Assembly: GCA_046292095.1 (NCBI GenBank)
Contig: JBKBRS010000002.1
Location: 1 to 39,694, forward strand
Direction: 5' to 3'
Source of the DNA: Thiobacillaceae bacterium
GTDB lineage: Bacteria > Pseudomonadota > Gammaproteobacteria > Burkholderiales > Thiobacillaceae
Length of the DNA stretch: 39,694 nt
The position numbers were made by a program, and so were the translations under genes. Below, one piece after another: positions 1-13,063 of the stretch (the first letter of the stretch is position 1; each line of letters opens with the position of its first letter). A model generated the notes under the pieces. That model was not told where the DNA came from and did no database searches. It saw nothing but the letters and a program-made list of their open reading frames with translations.

Positions 1-525
1 TGGGGGGATGAAACCGCGGTCAAGGAAGATGCCAACTGGGTGCGCGGCTACGCCCCGCGCGGCCGCACCCCGGTGCTCAAGACCCCGACGCGCTGGCAGA
101 AGCTGTCGATGATCTCGGCCATTTCCGCGCGTGGCGAGATCGCCTTCCAGATCGTCGAGGGGGCCATCAACACGGATCGTTTCATCGCCTTCCTCGAATT
201 GCTCTTGCAGCAGGTCCAGGGCAAGATTTTCCTCGTCGTCGACAACCTGCGCGTGCATCATGCTCGCAAGGTGACCGTGTGGCTGGCGGACAAGAAGGAC
301 AGGATCGAGCTGGTCTTTCTACCGCCCTATGCACCCGAGGCCAACCCGGACGAGTATTTGAACCGGGATTTCAAAACGGCCTTGCGCAGCGGCCCCATGA
401 GTGACAACAAGGCCTCCCTGCTTGACAAAGCGATGACCTTCATGGCGGCGCTGCGGGAAGCACCAGAGCGTGTCAAGGCCTATTTCAGGCATCCCTTAGC
501 CGCCTATGCAGCACAGGGTATTTAA
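1..525 (+). CDS. IS630-family transposase, C-terminal DDE catalytic part (5' end outside window)
   Basis: The frame is open from nt 1 (WGDETAVKEDANWVRGYAPRG...). DDE-type residues are recognisable: 'GDET', 'LVVDNLRVHHA' and 'YAPEANPDEYLN', typical of IS630/Tc1-like transposases. Stop TAA at 523-525. Confidence 0.9.
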   Translation, partial: WGDETAVKEDANWVRGYAPRGRTPVLKTPTRWQKLSMISAISARGEIAFQIVEGAINTDRFIAFLELLLQQVQGKIFLVVDNLRVHHARKVTVWLADKKDRIELVFLPPYAPEANPDEYLNRDFKTALRSGPMSDNKASLLDKAMTFMAALREAPERVKAYFRHPLAAYAAQGI

Positions 526-600
526 GGGCCGGGTTAATAAAACCGGCTGCCTTGCGCACGCAAGCCCCTGGGCTTGGCAGCGCTATAAACCGCGTGATGG
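1..600 (+). mobile_element. Right-hand part of an IS630-family insertion sequence (right boundary not resolved)
   Basis: Transposase ORF followed by structured GC-rich palindromes (GCCGGGTT..AACCGGC at about 527-548; GCTGCC...GGCAGC at about 553-590). The terminal inverted repeat cannot be defined without the left end. Confidence 0.5.
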
Positions 601-666
601 GGCACTGTGTCGCGCCGTGCGGCGATTTGATCAGCGTATCCCTGGCTCTTGACCTGCGATCGGGTC

Positions 667-696
667 TTGAAACCGCGCCGATCGTCTGCATATAGG
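667..696 (+). promoter_or_regulatory. Candidate sigma-70 promoter for the thioredoxin-TPR gene
   Basis: TTGAAA (667-672), 18-nt spacer, TATAGG (691-696), about 30 nt upstream of ATG 725. Motif match only. Confidence 0.3.
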
Positions 697-724
697 GTGG
701 GATTACGGCTTGTCGAGAACGAGT

Positions 725-1579
725 ATGGGACAATATTCCTTCGACGTCGGTGGTGAGAACTTCCAGCAGATCGTCATCGAGGGGTCCCGCAAGGTCCCCG
801 TGGTGGTGGACTTCTGGGCCGAGTGGTGCGGCCCTTGCCGGGTGCTGAAGCCTATCCTCGAGAAATTGGCCGAGGAGTACCAGGGCAAGTTCATCCTGGC
901 CAAGGTCAACGCCGACTATAACCAGGAATTGGCGGCCCGCTATGGGGTGCGTGGCATCCCCAGCGTCAAGGCCTTCGTCGGCGGCCAGATCGTCGATGAA
1001 TTCTCGGGGGCGCTGCCCGAATCGGCCGTGCGCGAGTTCTTGGAGCGCATCATCCCCTCGCCGGCCGAGGAGCTGCGGCTCAAGGCCGCCGAGCTCAAGG
1101 CGCAGGGGGACAAGGCGAAGGCTCTGCAGGTCCTGGCCGAGGCCTCCAAGCTCGACCCGAAGAACGAAGCGGTGCGGCTGGATGCCGCCGAGATCATGCT
1201 CGATGTCGACCAGATCGACGAGGCCGCACGTCTGCTGGAGAGCCTGTCGGCCCGCGCCCGCGATGAGGACCGCGCTCAGCAGCTTCTGGCGCGGCTCAAC
1301 TTCGCTCGCAGCAAGGCAAGCGGCGAGGACGAAGCCGGACTGCGCGCGCGCATCGCCGCAAATCCCCAGGACATGGATGCACGGCTCAAGCTGGCCAACC
1401 TGCTCATCGCCTCTGGGCGTTATACTGAGGGGATGGACGAGCTGCTGGAGATGATCCGCCGCGACAAGACCTGGAACGAGGAGGCCGCGCGCAAGACCAT
1501 GCTGTCGGTCTTCAACCTGCTGGGGGCTAGCCCCCTGGTCTCGGAATACCGCCGCAAGCTCGCCAGCGCCCTGAACTGA
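725..1579 (+). CDS. Thioredoxin-domain protein with C-terminal TPR-like domain (YbbN/CnoX-like architecture, but with an intact WCGPC redox motif)
   Basis: 'VVVDFWAEWCGPCRVLKPILEKLA' thioredoxin fold followed by a helical TPR-like tail. ATG 725 is preferred over the TTG 710 of the ORF track because homologues start MxQYxFDV. Confidence 0.9.
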   Translation: MGQYSFDVGGENFQQIVIEGSRKVPVVVDFWAEWCGPCRVLKPILEKLAEEYQGKFILAKVNADYNQELAARYGVRGIPSVKAFVGGQIVDEFSGALPESAVREFLERIIPSPAEELRLKAAELKAQGDKAKALQVLAEASKLDPKNEAVRLDAAEIMLDVDQIDEAARLLESLSARARDEDRAQQLLARLNFARSKASGEDEAGLRARIAANPQDMDARLKLANLLIASGRYTEGMDELLEMIRRDKTWNEEAARKTMLSVFNLLGASPLVSEYRRKLASALN

Positions 1580-1649
1580 CCCGGCCGTTCGCGCGCCCCG
1601 GCCCGGCCTGTCAGGCTTAGGGCAATGAAGAACCGATGGGAGGTCGCCG

Positions 1650-2375
1650 ATGGAGCTGGCCAGACTGCAGGCGCTCATCGCCTTTGAGCCGGCGGGCAGC
1701 TTCGATGCGAGCCTGGCGGCACTGGCCGCACACGTGGCCGAACTGCTCGCCGCTGGCCGGGTGTCGATCATGCTGCGCGACATCGGTCAGGCGGGGCGGC
1801 CCGCGCTCAAGCTGGTCGCCCTGCACGGCGCGCCGTTGGCGGGCTGGCGCTCTTTGCCGCCACAGCTCGACGGGATCGCCAACCGCGTGCTGGCGACTGA
1901 GCGTAGTTTGCTGGTCGAGGACATCCGACTTTCCGAGTATGCCGACCTGGCCCGCCATGGCAGCGGCAGCTTCCTCGCCTGCCCGCTGGTCATTGCCGAG
2001 AAGCCGGCTGGCGTGCTCAACGCCAGCGAACCCGTTGACCGACCCGCCTTTGCTGAGACCGATCTGGCCCTGGCCGAGACGGCAGCCCTGCTGGTAGCGC
2101 GTGTGATTCAGATGATGCGGCTGACCCAGGTGCTCGACTCGCGTTTCACGCAGATGGCCCTCGCCCTGGAGGGGGGCGGCGACTGCGCCAACATGACGCG
2201 GCTGTCCGCCCACGAGCCGGAGCGGGTGGCCAAGCTGCTCGCCAAGGCCTTCTATCGCGAGATGCACCGCTGCGGTTTCACGCCCAACCAGATCATCCAC
2301 GCCGCCGGCGAGATCATCTCCGAGCTGACCGAAAGCCTCAATCGCCACAGGCAGCGCATCGCCCGCAAGGGCTAA
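1650..2375 (+). CDS. GAF-domain protein
   Basis: GAF-like N-terminal 160 aa ('RVSIMLRD...LVVEDIRLS...SFLACPLV...GVLNASEP') plus a short helical tail. GGGAGG Shine-Dalgarno lies before ATG 1650. Confidence 0.75.
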   Translation: MELARLQALIAFEPAGSFDASLAALAAHVAELLAAGRVSIMLRDIGQAGRPALKLVALHGAPLAGWRSLPPQLDGIANRVLATERSLLVEDIRLSEYADLARHGSGSFLACPLVIAEKPAGVLNASEPVDRPAFAETDLALAETAALLVARVIQMMRLTQVLDSRFTQMALALEGGGDCANMTRLSAHEPERVAKLLAKAFYREMHRCGFTPNQIIHAAGEIISELTESLNRHRQRIARKG

Positions 2376-2426
2376 CGGACATGGCCAGAAGGATGAAAGC
2401 GGCCATGGCCGTTCCCTCGCCTTGAG

Positions 2427-2449
2427 CCCCTCTCCCGCTGGGAGAGGGG
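2427..2449. repeat. Perfect 10-bp-stem GC-rich palindrome between convergent genes (REP-like element or bidirectional terminator hairpin)
   Basis: CCCCTCTCCC gct GGGAGAGGGG. There is no T-run on either side. Confidence 0.6.
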
Positions 2450-2492
2450 AGCATCGTGAGTCGCGGCGCGCCTTTCACGCCAACCGCCGTCC

Positions 2493-2879
2493 TCAGCACT
2501 GCTCCCAAGGCAAGCCGTCATAGCGCCAGCCGTTTTTCGTGGAGCGGCGGTGGTGCTCGTCCAACTCGCCCTCGAAGCCATAGAGCACGTTATAGACTTC
2601 GGTGAAACCGTTTTTTTCCAAAAACTCGCCCGCCTCACGCGAGCGGTTGCCGGAGCGGCAGATCAGCACCACCGGCCGGTTGTGCGAGGCGGCCATGCGC
2701 ACCTGGCCGAGGAAATGGGGGTTTAAATCCCAGTTGATGCCCTCGTACCAGGGGATGAGGATGGCCCCCACGGGGTGGCCAACGAACAGGTATTCAAACT
2801 CGGAGCGGCAGTCGATGAAGACCGCGTCCGGGTGGGACTGGAGGAAGTCGTAGGCCTCCTTGGGGGTCAGATGCCGCAT
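2493..2879 (-). CDS. Single-domain rhodanese-like sulfurtransferase
   Basis: Active-site loop 'CRSGNRS' in a 128-aa rhodanese fold. Confidence 0.9.
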   Translation of the reverse strand: MRHLTPKEAYDFLQSHPDAVFIDCRSEFEYLFVGHPVGAILIPWYEGINWDLNPHFLGQVRMAASHNRPVVLICRSGNRSREAGEFLEKNGFTEVYNVLYGFEGELDEHHRRSTKNGWRYDGLPWEQC

Positions 2880-2902
2880 GGCGAGTCCTCCGATCTAAAG
2901 GG

Positions 2903-3508
2903 TCACAGCGCGGGACCGGGCCGAGGCTTCGGCGGCGGGCCGAAGACGGCGGTCAGGTCGAGGGCGAGCCCGCCGCAGTAAGGCAGGCTCAAGGTGTCGC
3001 CAGGGCCGTAGACGTCCGGCTTGCCATAGCGGCCGGCATCGAGCCGGTAGCACTCCAGGGTCGCGGCCTCTGGGTCGGCGATGCCGTAATGGGCGACGCC
3101 GACGCGCTCGTAGAGATCGCGCTTGGTGAGCCGGTCACGCCGCGCCGTGGCGGGCGACAACACCTCGATCACCATCTCCGGCGGGCCGTCGACGTAGCGG
3201 CCGTTGGCAAGCCGGGCCGGGTCGCAGACCAGCACCACATCCGGTTGCACCACAGTGCTGGGCCCCAGCACGACGTCCACCGGCGCTGCGAAGACACGGC
3301 AGGGGCAATCGACGCCCGAACGTCCACGTTCATCGAGCTGGTTGTAAAGCTGAGCATACAGGCTGCCGCTGATGCTCTGGTGCACCAGCATCGGCGCCGG
3401 CGCTATGAGCCAGACCTCGCCGTCGATCAGCTCGTAGCGGCGCTCGTCGTCCCAGCTCAGGTAGTCCTCTACGGTGTAGTGCGGCGGGTCGGTGAGCGGT
3501 CGGGACAT
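2903..3508 (-). CDS. Uma2-family (DUF820) restriction-endonuclease-fold protein
   Basis: 'YELIDGEV...', 'PDVVLV', 'PEMVIEVLSPATARRDRLTKRDLYERVGVAHYGIADP' match the Uma2 pattern. ATG 3508 has AGGAGG 9 nt upstream, so it is preferred over the track start at 3532. Confidence 0.85.
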   Translation of the reverse strand: MSRPLTDPPHYTVEDYLSWDDERRYELIDGEVWLIAPAPMLVHQSISGSLYAQLYNQLDERGRSGVDCPCRVFAAPVDVVLGPSTVVQPDVVLVCDPARLANGRYVDGPPEMVIEVLSPATARRDRLTKRDLYERVGVAHYGIADPEAATLECYRLDAGRYGKPDVYGPGDTLSLPYCGGLALDLTAVFGPPPKPRPGPAL

Positions 3509-3649
3509 GACGGTCGTGCCTCCTGTCAGCATTATGCGCGCCGGCCCAAGCGCACCGGGCGTGCCGCCTCATGATGTGGGGCAGTCGTGGCCGTCCGGGC
3601 ATCGACCAGCAGGATGTTATGATAAAAGATTCGTCAGCCTCTAGCCGCC

Positions 3650-7342
<3,693 letters not shown>

Positions 7343-7387
7343 ACCACCAGCCGAGGGGCAAAGGCCCGGTGTGGGTGCGTCTGCCGC

Positions 7388-7837
7388 TCAGGCCGCCATG
7401 CGCTCGGGGGCCGCGTGCGCCGAGAGTTCCTCGCGCATCGCCTTGAGCCGCGCCACGCGTTCGCCCATCTTGGCCAGGTTGGCGGCGACCCGGTCGGCCA
7501 GGGTCTCCTGTTCCTTGAGCTGCCAGAAGGCGGTCTCCACCAGGTGCGGGATCAGGCTGGCACGTTGTGCGGCGGCCGGACCGGCCAGATGGCACAGGGC
7601 CTTGAGTGCCTGGTCAGCGGCGCGGCTTAGCTCATCGAGCCGATGGATGGCGGCCGCGTCCAGCATGTACATGAGCGAGCCCAGGCTGTGTTTGGGCCGG
7701 TTGGTGTCCACCGAGCGCCAGACCTCCATGGCCGACTCCAGGTTGGTGATGATGGCATCGAGGTGGCGGATCGCCTCGGTCCGCACAGTCGGGTCTGCGT
7801 GGCGCAGCGAGGCATAGGCAAATTCGACGAGTTCCAT
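7388..7837 (-). CDS. Hypothetical all-helical protein, 149 aa
   Basis: ORF with coding-like composition, convergent with metH and divergent from the HIT-like gene. I recognise no family. Confidence 0.55.
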   Translation of the reverse strand: MELVEFAYASLRHADPTVRTEAIRHLDAIITNLESAMEVWRSVDTNRPKHSLGSLMYMLDAAAIHRLDELSRAADQALKALCHLAGPAAAQRASLIPHLVETAFWQLKEQETLADRVAANLAKMGERVARLKAMREELSAHAAPERMAA

Positions 7838-7926
7838 CTGCTATCCTCCATGACCAAACACGGACATCGCGGCTTGGACCCCGCGCAGGCGGGGGAGCCG
7901 GATCGCTTACAGAGTTATTTTAGTCG

Positions 7927-8988
7927 ATGAAATCTGTCAAGTATTCAGCCAGCCTGCCGCAGCCCTTCGCCTCGACCACTGCCTTGCAACAGGCCTATGC
8001 CGAGGGGCTCACCCGCCTGCTGGCAGGCGATGTCGGCCTGGGCGGCTACATCCTGGCGCTCGCCAACACGGCCCAGGATGCGACCCTGTGGCAGCTGCTC
8101 GAACGCCGGCTGGAGGAGCGTCATTACCACCTCGCCGCCCTGGTGACCACCCGCTTGCGCCAGGGGCGCCCGATCGGCGTGCCGGACGACGACCTGATGG
8201 TCTTCCTCAAGCTGATGGCGATCGGATTCAGCGATGGGCTGCGAGTGCACACTCGCCGAGTCGGCCCTTGGGAAGTCAGTTTCAACCCCCTGCGCGCCCT
8301 GCGCCCGCCGCGCGCGAGCCGGGTGCGTGTCGAGGGGCTGTCGCGGCCGTTCGACCCGGAGGGCTTCCATTTCAACCGACCGGCCCTCGAGCGCGAGGTG
8401 CTGTGGTCGGGGACCTTGCTGGGTCGTCCGGCCCGGCTGCTGTACAACAAATTCCCCTTCGTCGAGCTGCACGGGCTGCTGGTACCGGAACCAGAGCAGT
8501 CGTGGCCGCAGTGGTTGACCGAGCAATGGCACGACTGGGCCTGGGCCCTGGCGGCCGCCGCCGGCGAGGCGATGCCCGGTTTCGGCCTGGCCTACAACAG
8601 CCTCGGGGCGCATGCCTCGGTCAATCATCTGCACTTCCAGACCTTCGTGCGCACGGTCCCCCTGCCGCTCGAGCAGGGGCATTGGCGGCACAATCGCGGT
8701 GAGATCGCCTATCCCACGACCTGTCTCACCTTCGGAGACGCCGGCCAGGCCTGGCAGGCCATCGCATCCCTGCACAGTCAGGGCACGCCCTACAACATGA
8801 TCTACACAGCCGGTCGTCTATATCTCCTGCCGCGACGCCCTCAGGGCAGCCATCCCCAGGCGGAATGGGCCTCCGGCCACGCCTGGTACGAGATGGCCGG
8901 CGGGGTAGTACTGTTCAACCGGGCCGACTATGAGGGCCTGGACGCCGAGGCCATCGCGGTCGAACTGCAGCGGGTGGGTCAGGTCTAG
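7927..8988 (+). CDS. HIT-superfamily nucleotide-sugar phosphorylase-like protein (VTC2/GDPGP1, DUF4922-like)
   Basis: 'NKFPFVELHGLLVPEP' and 'AYNSLGAHASVNHLHFQ' resemble the catalytic region of GDP-L-galactose/GDP-D-glucose phosphorylases ('GYNSLGAFATINHLHFQAYY'). Confidence 0.8.
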   Translation: MKSVKYSASLPQPFASTTALQQAYAEGLTRLLAGDVGLGGYILALANTAQDATLWQLLERRLEERHYHLAALVTTRLRQGRPIGVPDDDLMVFLKLMAIGFSDGLRVHTRRVGPWEVSFNPLRALRPPRASRVRVEGLSRPFDPEGFHFNRPALEREVLWSGTLLGRPARLLYNKFPFVELHGLLVPEPEQSWPQWLTEQWHDWAWALAAAAGEAMPGFGLAYNSLGAHASVNHLHFQTFVRTVPLPLEQGHWRHNRGEIAYPTTCLTFGDAGQAWQAIASLHSQGTPYNMIYTAGRLYLLPRRPQGSHPQAEWASGHAWYEMAGGVVLFNRADYEGLDAEAIAVELQRVGQV

Positions 8989-9021
8989 CCGAGAGCCCCT
9001 CTGCCCGATCGCTCCGGCGCC

Positions 9022-12000
9022 GTGATTGCCGTGCCTCGCCTCGATCCCCGCATCGTCCTATATCTGCGGCGCGCGCTGCACTATGCCGCCTATGCCGTGG
9101 CGGCGGTCCTCATCGTGCTCTGCGCGATCGCGCTCACGCTACGCCTGTGGATCATGCCGCAGATCGACCGCCACCGTCCCGCCATTGAGCGGCTCGCCAG
9201 CGAGGCCACGGGTGTCGCGGTGAGCATCGGTGTGATCCAGGCCGACTGGCGCGGCCTCAACCCGCGCCTGCGTATGGAGGCCGTGCGCTTCGGTGAGCCA
9301 GGTGCCCTGCCCGCCCTGACCCTGCCCAGTGTCGAGACGACCCTGTCCTGGACCTCGCTGCTGCTGGCCGAACCGCGCCTGGTCCACCTCCAGTTGCAAC
9401 GCCCGCACCTGGTCATCCATCGCGACCGGCAGGGCGTGATCCGCGTGGCCGGCATCGCGGTCAACACGCCTGGAGCCACCGGCCCCTTCCCCGACTGGCT
9501 GCTGCGACAGCGCAAGCTGAGTGTGCACCAGGCCACGGTCGTCTGGCAGGACGACATGCTGGGCGCGCCACCGCTTACCCTGAGTGAACTCAATCTGGCG
9601 ATGACCAACCGGCTCGGCCGCCACCGCCTGGGCCTCACCGCCCGCCCGCCCGATGCCGTGGCCCGCCGGATCGATGTGCGCGCCGATTTCAGGGGCCGTA
9701 GCATCGACCGGCTGGAGGATTTTTCCGGCCAGCTCTTCGTTCAGGCCGAGGGTGCCGAGGCCGGGGCGCTGCGCACCTGGGCGCCCTGGGCCCAGGCCTC
9801 GGTGCGTAGCGGCACGGGGGCCCTGCGCTTCTGGCTCGACTTCTCACGCCGCCAGGTCGACGGTGTGGTCGGCGACGTGCGTCTGCGTCAGGTCCGTCTG
9901 GGCCCCAGCGAGGACCTGCCGGAGATCGGCTTCGAACGCATCGACGGCCGCCTGGGTTGGCGGCGCACCGCCATCGGACAGGACTACTTCGTCGAACGCT
10001 TGAGCTTCGTCTCCCCGCGCGGGCGGCGCGCCGCGCCCGCCAGCCTGAAGGTGAAGGTCGCCAACCGCCCCGATGGGGGTGTGGGGGAATTGCGGGTGGA
10101 GACCGAGGCACTGCAGCTGGAGGCCCTAACCGCGCTGATCGGCGCCGTGCCCATCCCCCGCCAGGCGCACGACCTCATCGAGGCGCACGAGCCGCGCGGC
10201 CTGGTCGAGCGGCTGCGCCTCAGGTGGAGCGGGCCGCAGAGCTATGAGATACAGGCGAGCCTGCGCGACGTGGGCTTTCGCGCTGCGGACGGCATTCCCG
10301 GCCTCACTGGGCTGTCGGGGACGCTCCGCGCGACGGAACGCGGCGGAGAGGCCCGGCTCGACGCACGCGGCTTAGGCGTTCAGGACGCGAGCCTGTTCCG
10401 CCACCCGCTCGCCTTCGACACCGCGCAGTCGCGTCTGAACTGGACGCGCCGGCCGGACGGCGGTGTGCAGATCGAGCTCGACGACGTGCGCCTGAACAAC
10501 CCGGACCTGGCGGCGACGGCGAGCGGCAGTATCGTGCTGGCGCCCGGCAAATCGCCCGAGCTGGATCTCAACGCCCATCTGACACGCGGCCTGGGTAATG
10601 CGGTCTGGCGCTATCTGCCACTGGCGGTATCCGACGACGCCTATGACTGGCTGCGCCGCGGCATACGCGCGGGCCTGTCCGATGAGACCCGCCTGATCCT
10701 GCGCGGGCCGCTCGACCGCTTCCCATTCCATGAGGGCGGTGGGCAGTTCCGAGTGGACGTGCGGGTGCGCGACGCCGTCATCGAGGTGGCGCCCGGCTGG
10801 CCGCGCTTCATCGGCGTGAATGGCTGGGTGGTCTTCCGCGACACGGCCATGGAGATCCAGGTCGACCGGGCCCAGGTCGAGGGCATCCCCGGTATCGAGC
10901 TCTACGGCATCCGCGGGCTGACGCCGGACCTGCACTTCACCCAGGACGAGATCCTGCACATCGAGGGGCGCGCGCGCGGCCCCACGGCCGCCTTTCTTGA
11001 CTACATCCGCGCCAGCCCGGTCAACGACTATACGGACCGTTTCATCGAACCCATGCGCGCGGAGGGGCGCGGCGAGCTGACCTTGCGCCTGAACCTGCCC
11101 CTGCGCCGCATCGATGCGAGCACGGTGTCGGGCGTCTACCGCATCGCCGACAACCGACTCGACCCAGGCCACGGCATGCCGGTGCTGGAGCACCTCAAAG
11201 GCGATCTCGCCTTCACCCACCGCGACCTCAGCGCCAAGGGTCTGAATGCCCAGCTCCTCGGCCAACCCGCCGTCCTGTCCCTGCAAGGCGGCGCCGGCGG
11301 CCGTCTGAGCCTGCACGTCGACGGCCGCATCGAACCAGCCAGCCTGGCCGCCTGGGTGCCCGATTCGCTGCGTCGCCGCCTGCAGGGGGCCACACGCTAC
11401 CGCGCCGAGATCGGCCTGCGCGAGCCGCGGACCGAGCTGCGCGTCGAGAGCGACCTGAAGGGGCTCGCCATCGACCTGCCGGAGCCCCTGGGCAAGCCGG
11501 CAGAGCAGGCACAAAACCTCTGGTTGAGCCACAGCAGCGCGGGGCCGGATCAGACCACGCTACAGCTGCGCTACGGCCAGGTGTTGTCCCTCCACGCGGT
11601 GATGGGCAAGCCCGGCACCCCGCCCAGCGTGTCGGCGCTGGTCGGCCAGGGCGAGACGCGACCGCCGCGCAACCCCGGCCTCAGCCTGGAGATCGCCCAG
11701 GCTCGGCTGGATCTCGACCCCTGGCTGGACCTGCTTGGCGGGCAGGGTGACAGCACCCTACCGCTCTCCAGCCTCACCCTGACGGCCGGCGAGCTCATCG
11801 TCCACGACCGCTTGTTCACCGGTACCCAGGTCAGCGCCCGTCCCAACGGCGAGGCGGGCTGGCAGCTACAGATCTCGGGCCGCGAAGTGCAGGGCGAGCT
11901 GCAGTGGCAGAGCGGGGAGCGGCACCCCAGCCTCAAGGCACGTTTTCGCCGCCTCGCCGTCCCCGAGGCGGCCCCCGGCCCCCGCCCATCACGCCGGCCG

Positions 12001-12846
12001 GCCCAGAAGCTCGAGATCGAGGCCAACGTGCAGGCCGAGAGCTTCCTGGTGCAAGGCCGCGACGTCGGCCGGCTCGAGCTCGCCGCCCGCCCCGAGGCGC
12101 GTGGTCTGCGTCTGCAGACGCTGCGCATCGTCAACCCCGACGGCCGGCTGGAGGCCAGCGGGCTCTTGTCCAACCAAGCCCGACGCGATTCCATCCTCGA
12201 CGTCCGGCTCGACAGCGGCAATCTCAACGGTCTGCTCAGCCGTCTGGGCTTTCCCGGCAACGTGCGGCGCGGTGAGCTCGCGCTGACCGGCCGCGTCGGC
12301 TGGCCCGGCGGCCCCACCGAATTCAGCCTCGATCGGCTCAGCGGCGACCTCGACATCCGGCTCAGGAACGGCCAGTTCCTCAAGCTCGACCCGGGCGCCG
12401 GGCGACTGTTGGGGGTGCTCAGCCTGCAGGCCCTGCCCAGACGGATCAACCTCGACTTCCGCGACATCTTCAGCGAGGGCTTCGCCTTCGATGAGATCAC
12501 CGCCCCGGTGCACCTGGAGCGCGGGGTGGCCCAGGTGGCGGACCTCAGGATGCGCGGGCCGGCCGCCAGCATCAGCATCCGCGGCGAGGTCGATCTCACG
12601 CGCGAGACCCAGGACCTGCGCGTGGCCGTGCAGCCGCGCCTGGAAGACACCCTGGCGGCGGGGGCGATGCTGATCAACCCGGCGGTCGGGGTCGGGGCGC
12701 TGGTCGCCAGCAAGGTCCTGAAAGACCCCATCAGTCGCGCCGCCACCTTCGAATACCGCGTGCGCGGCAGCTGGACGGAGCCCGAGGTGAGCCGCATCCC
12801 CCGCGCGCGATCCGCCGACGAGGCGGGCACGACGAGCCCGCCCTGA
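9022..12846 (+). CDS. yhdP: YhdP-family (AsmA-like) large envelope-spanning protein
   Basis: 1274 aa, N-terminal TM helix, C-terminal 'YRVRGSWTEPEVS' typical of YhdP. Conserved synteny yhdP, Nit hydrolase, tldD. GTG start. Confidence 0.85.
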   Translation: MIAVPRLDPRIVLYLRRALHYAAYAVAAVLIVLCAIALTLRLWIMPQIDRHRPAIERLASEATGVAVSIGVIQADWRGLNPRLRMEAVRFGEPGALPALTLPSVETTLSWTSLLLAEPRLVHLQLQRPHLVIHRDRQGVIRVAGIAVNTPGATGPFPDWLLRQRKLSVHQATVVWQDDMLGAPPLTLSELNLAMTNRLGRHRLGLTARPPDAVARRIDVRADFRGRSIDRLEDFSGQLFVQAEGAEAGALRTWAPWAQASVRSGTGALRFWLDFSRRQVDGVVGDVRLRQVRLGPSEDLPEIGFERIDGRLGWRRTAIGQDYFVERLSFVSPRGRRAAPASLKVKVANRPDGGVGELRVETEALQLEALTALIGAVPIPRQAHDLIEAHEPRGLVERLRLRWSGPQSYEIQASLRDVGFRAADGIPGLTGLSGTLRATERGGEARLDARGLGVQDASLFRHPLAFDTAQSRLNWTRRPDGGVQIELDDVRLNNPDLAATASGSIVLAPGKSPELDLNAHLTRGLGNAVWRYLPLAVSDDAYDWLRRGIRAGLSDETRLILRGPLDRFPFHEGGGQFRVDVRVRDAVIEVAPGWPRFIGVNGWVVFRDTAMEIQVDRAQVEGIPGIELYGIRGLTPDLHFTQDEILHIEGRARGPTAAFLDYIRASPVNDYTDRFIEPMRAEGRGELTLRLNLPLRRIDASTVSGVYRIADNRLDPGHGMPVLEHLKGDLAFTHRDLSAKGLNAQLLGQPAVLSLQGGAGGRLSLHVDGRIEPASLAAWVPDSLRRRLQGATRYRAEIGLREPRTELRVESDLKGLAIDLPEPLGKPAEQAQNLWLSHSSAGPDQTTLQLRYGQVLSLHAVMGKPGTPPSVSALVGQGETRPPRNPGLSLEIAQARLDLDPWLDLLGGQGDSTLPLSSLTLTAGELIVHDRLFTGTQVSARPNGEAGWQLQISGREVQGELQWQSGERHPSLKARFRRLAVPEAAPGPRPSRRPAQKLEIEANVQAESFLVQGRDVGRLELAARPEARGLRLQTLRIVNPDGRLEASGLLSNQARRDSILDVRLDSGNLNGLLSRLGFPGNVRRGELALTGRVGWPGGPTEFSLDRLSGDLDIRLRNGQFLKLDPGAGRLLGVLSLQALPRRINLDFRDIFSEGFAFDEITAPVHLERGVAQVADLRMRGPAASISIRGEVDLTRETQDLRVAVQPRLEDTLAAGAMLINPAVGVGALVASKVLKDPISRAATFEYRVRGSWTEPEVSRIPRARSADEAGTTSPP

Positions 12847-12906
12847 CCCCTCGCCCGCGCAGCCGGCCACAAACGCGACGTCCTATCGCGCCGCGCACGT
12901 TTTGCC

Positions 12907-12934
12907 TTGCCGCAGCGGGCCTGGATTGTGTAAT
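12907..12934 (+). promoter_or_regulatory. Candidate sigma-70 promoter for nit-tldD
   Basis: TTGCCG (12907-12912), 16-nt spacer, TGTAAT (12929-12934), inside the 217-bp yhdP/nit spacer. Motif match only. Confidence 0.3.
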
Positions 12935-13063
12935 TTCAACCCTTGCCGACCAACGCCCAGCCAAGACACTCTGCCCGTGAGACCAAAGCCCTCTTCCAGC
13001 TTCGCCAAGACCCGCAGCCGCAGCGCCCCCAAACCGCAGCCGGAATCCTACGGGGTGGTGCGC

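Noticed and set aside
485-1783. 432-aa minus-strand ORF overlapping the thioredoxin-TPR gene and the GAF gene start
   Set aside because: It has no recognisable domains and is antisense to a gene with a clear WCGPC thioredoxin fold.
2903-3508. Uma2 nuclease-fold gene as part of a defence or toxin-antitoxin system
   Set aside because: It is a solitary gene with no partner (methylase, antitoxin, ATPase) nearby. The family is common and usually orphan.
3533-3649. Possible riboswitch (B12 or SAH) or MetR box upstream of metH
   Set aside because: The spacer is only 117 nt. I see no B12-box or SAH-riboswitch core (no GAGGAGCGC-like segment), and the AT-rich TGATAAAAGATTCG only loosely resembles a MetR site.
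12902-13063. 54-codon N-terminal extension of the Nit hydrolase suggested by the ORF track
   Set aside because: It is low-complexity Pro/Ser/Arg sequence with no homology expectation. Family members start at the MAAIQM-type motif (ATG 13064).
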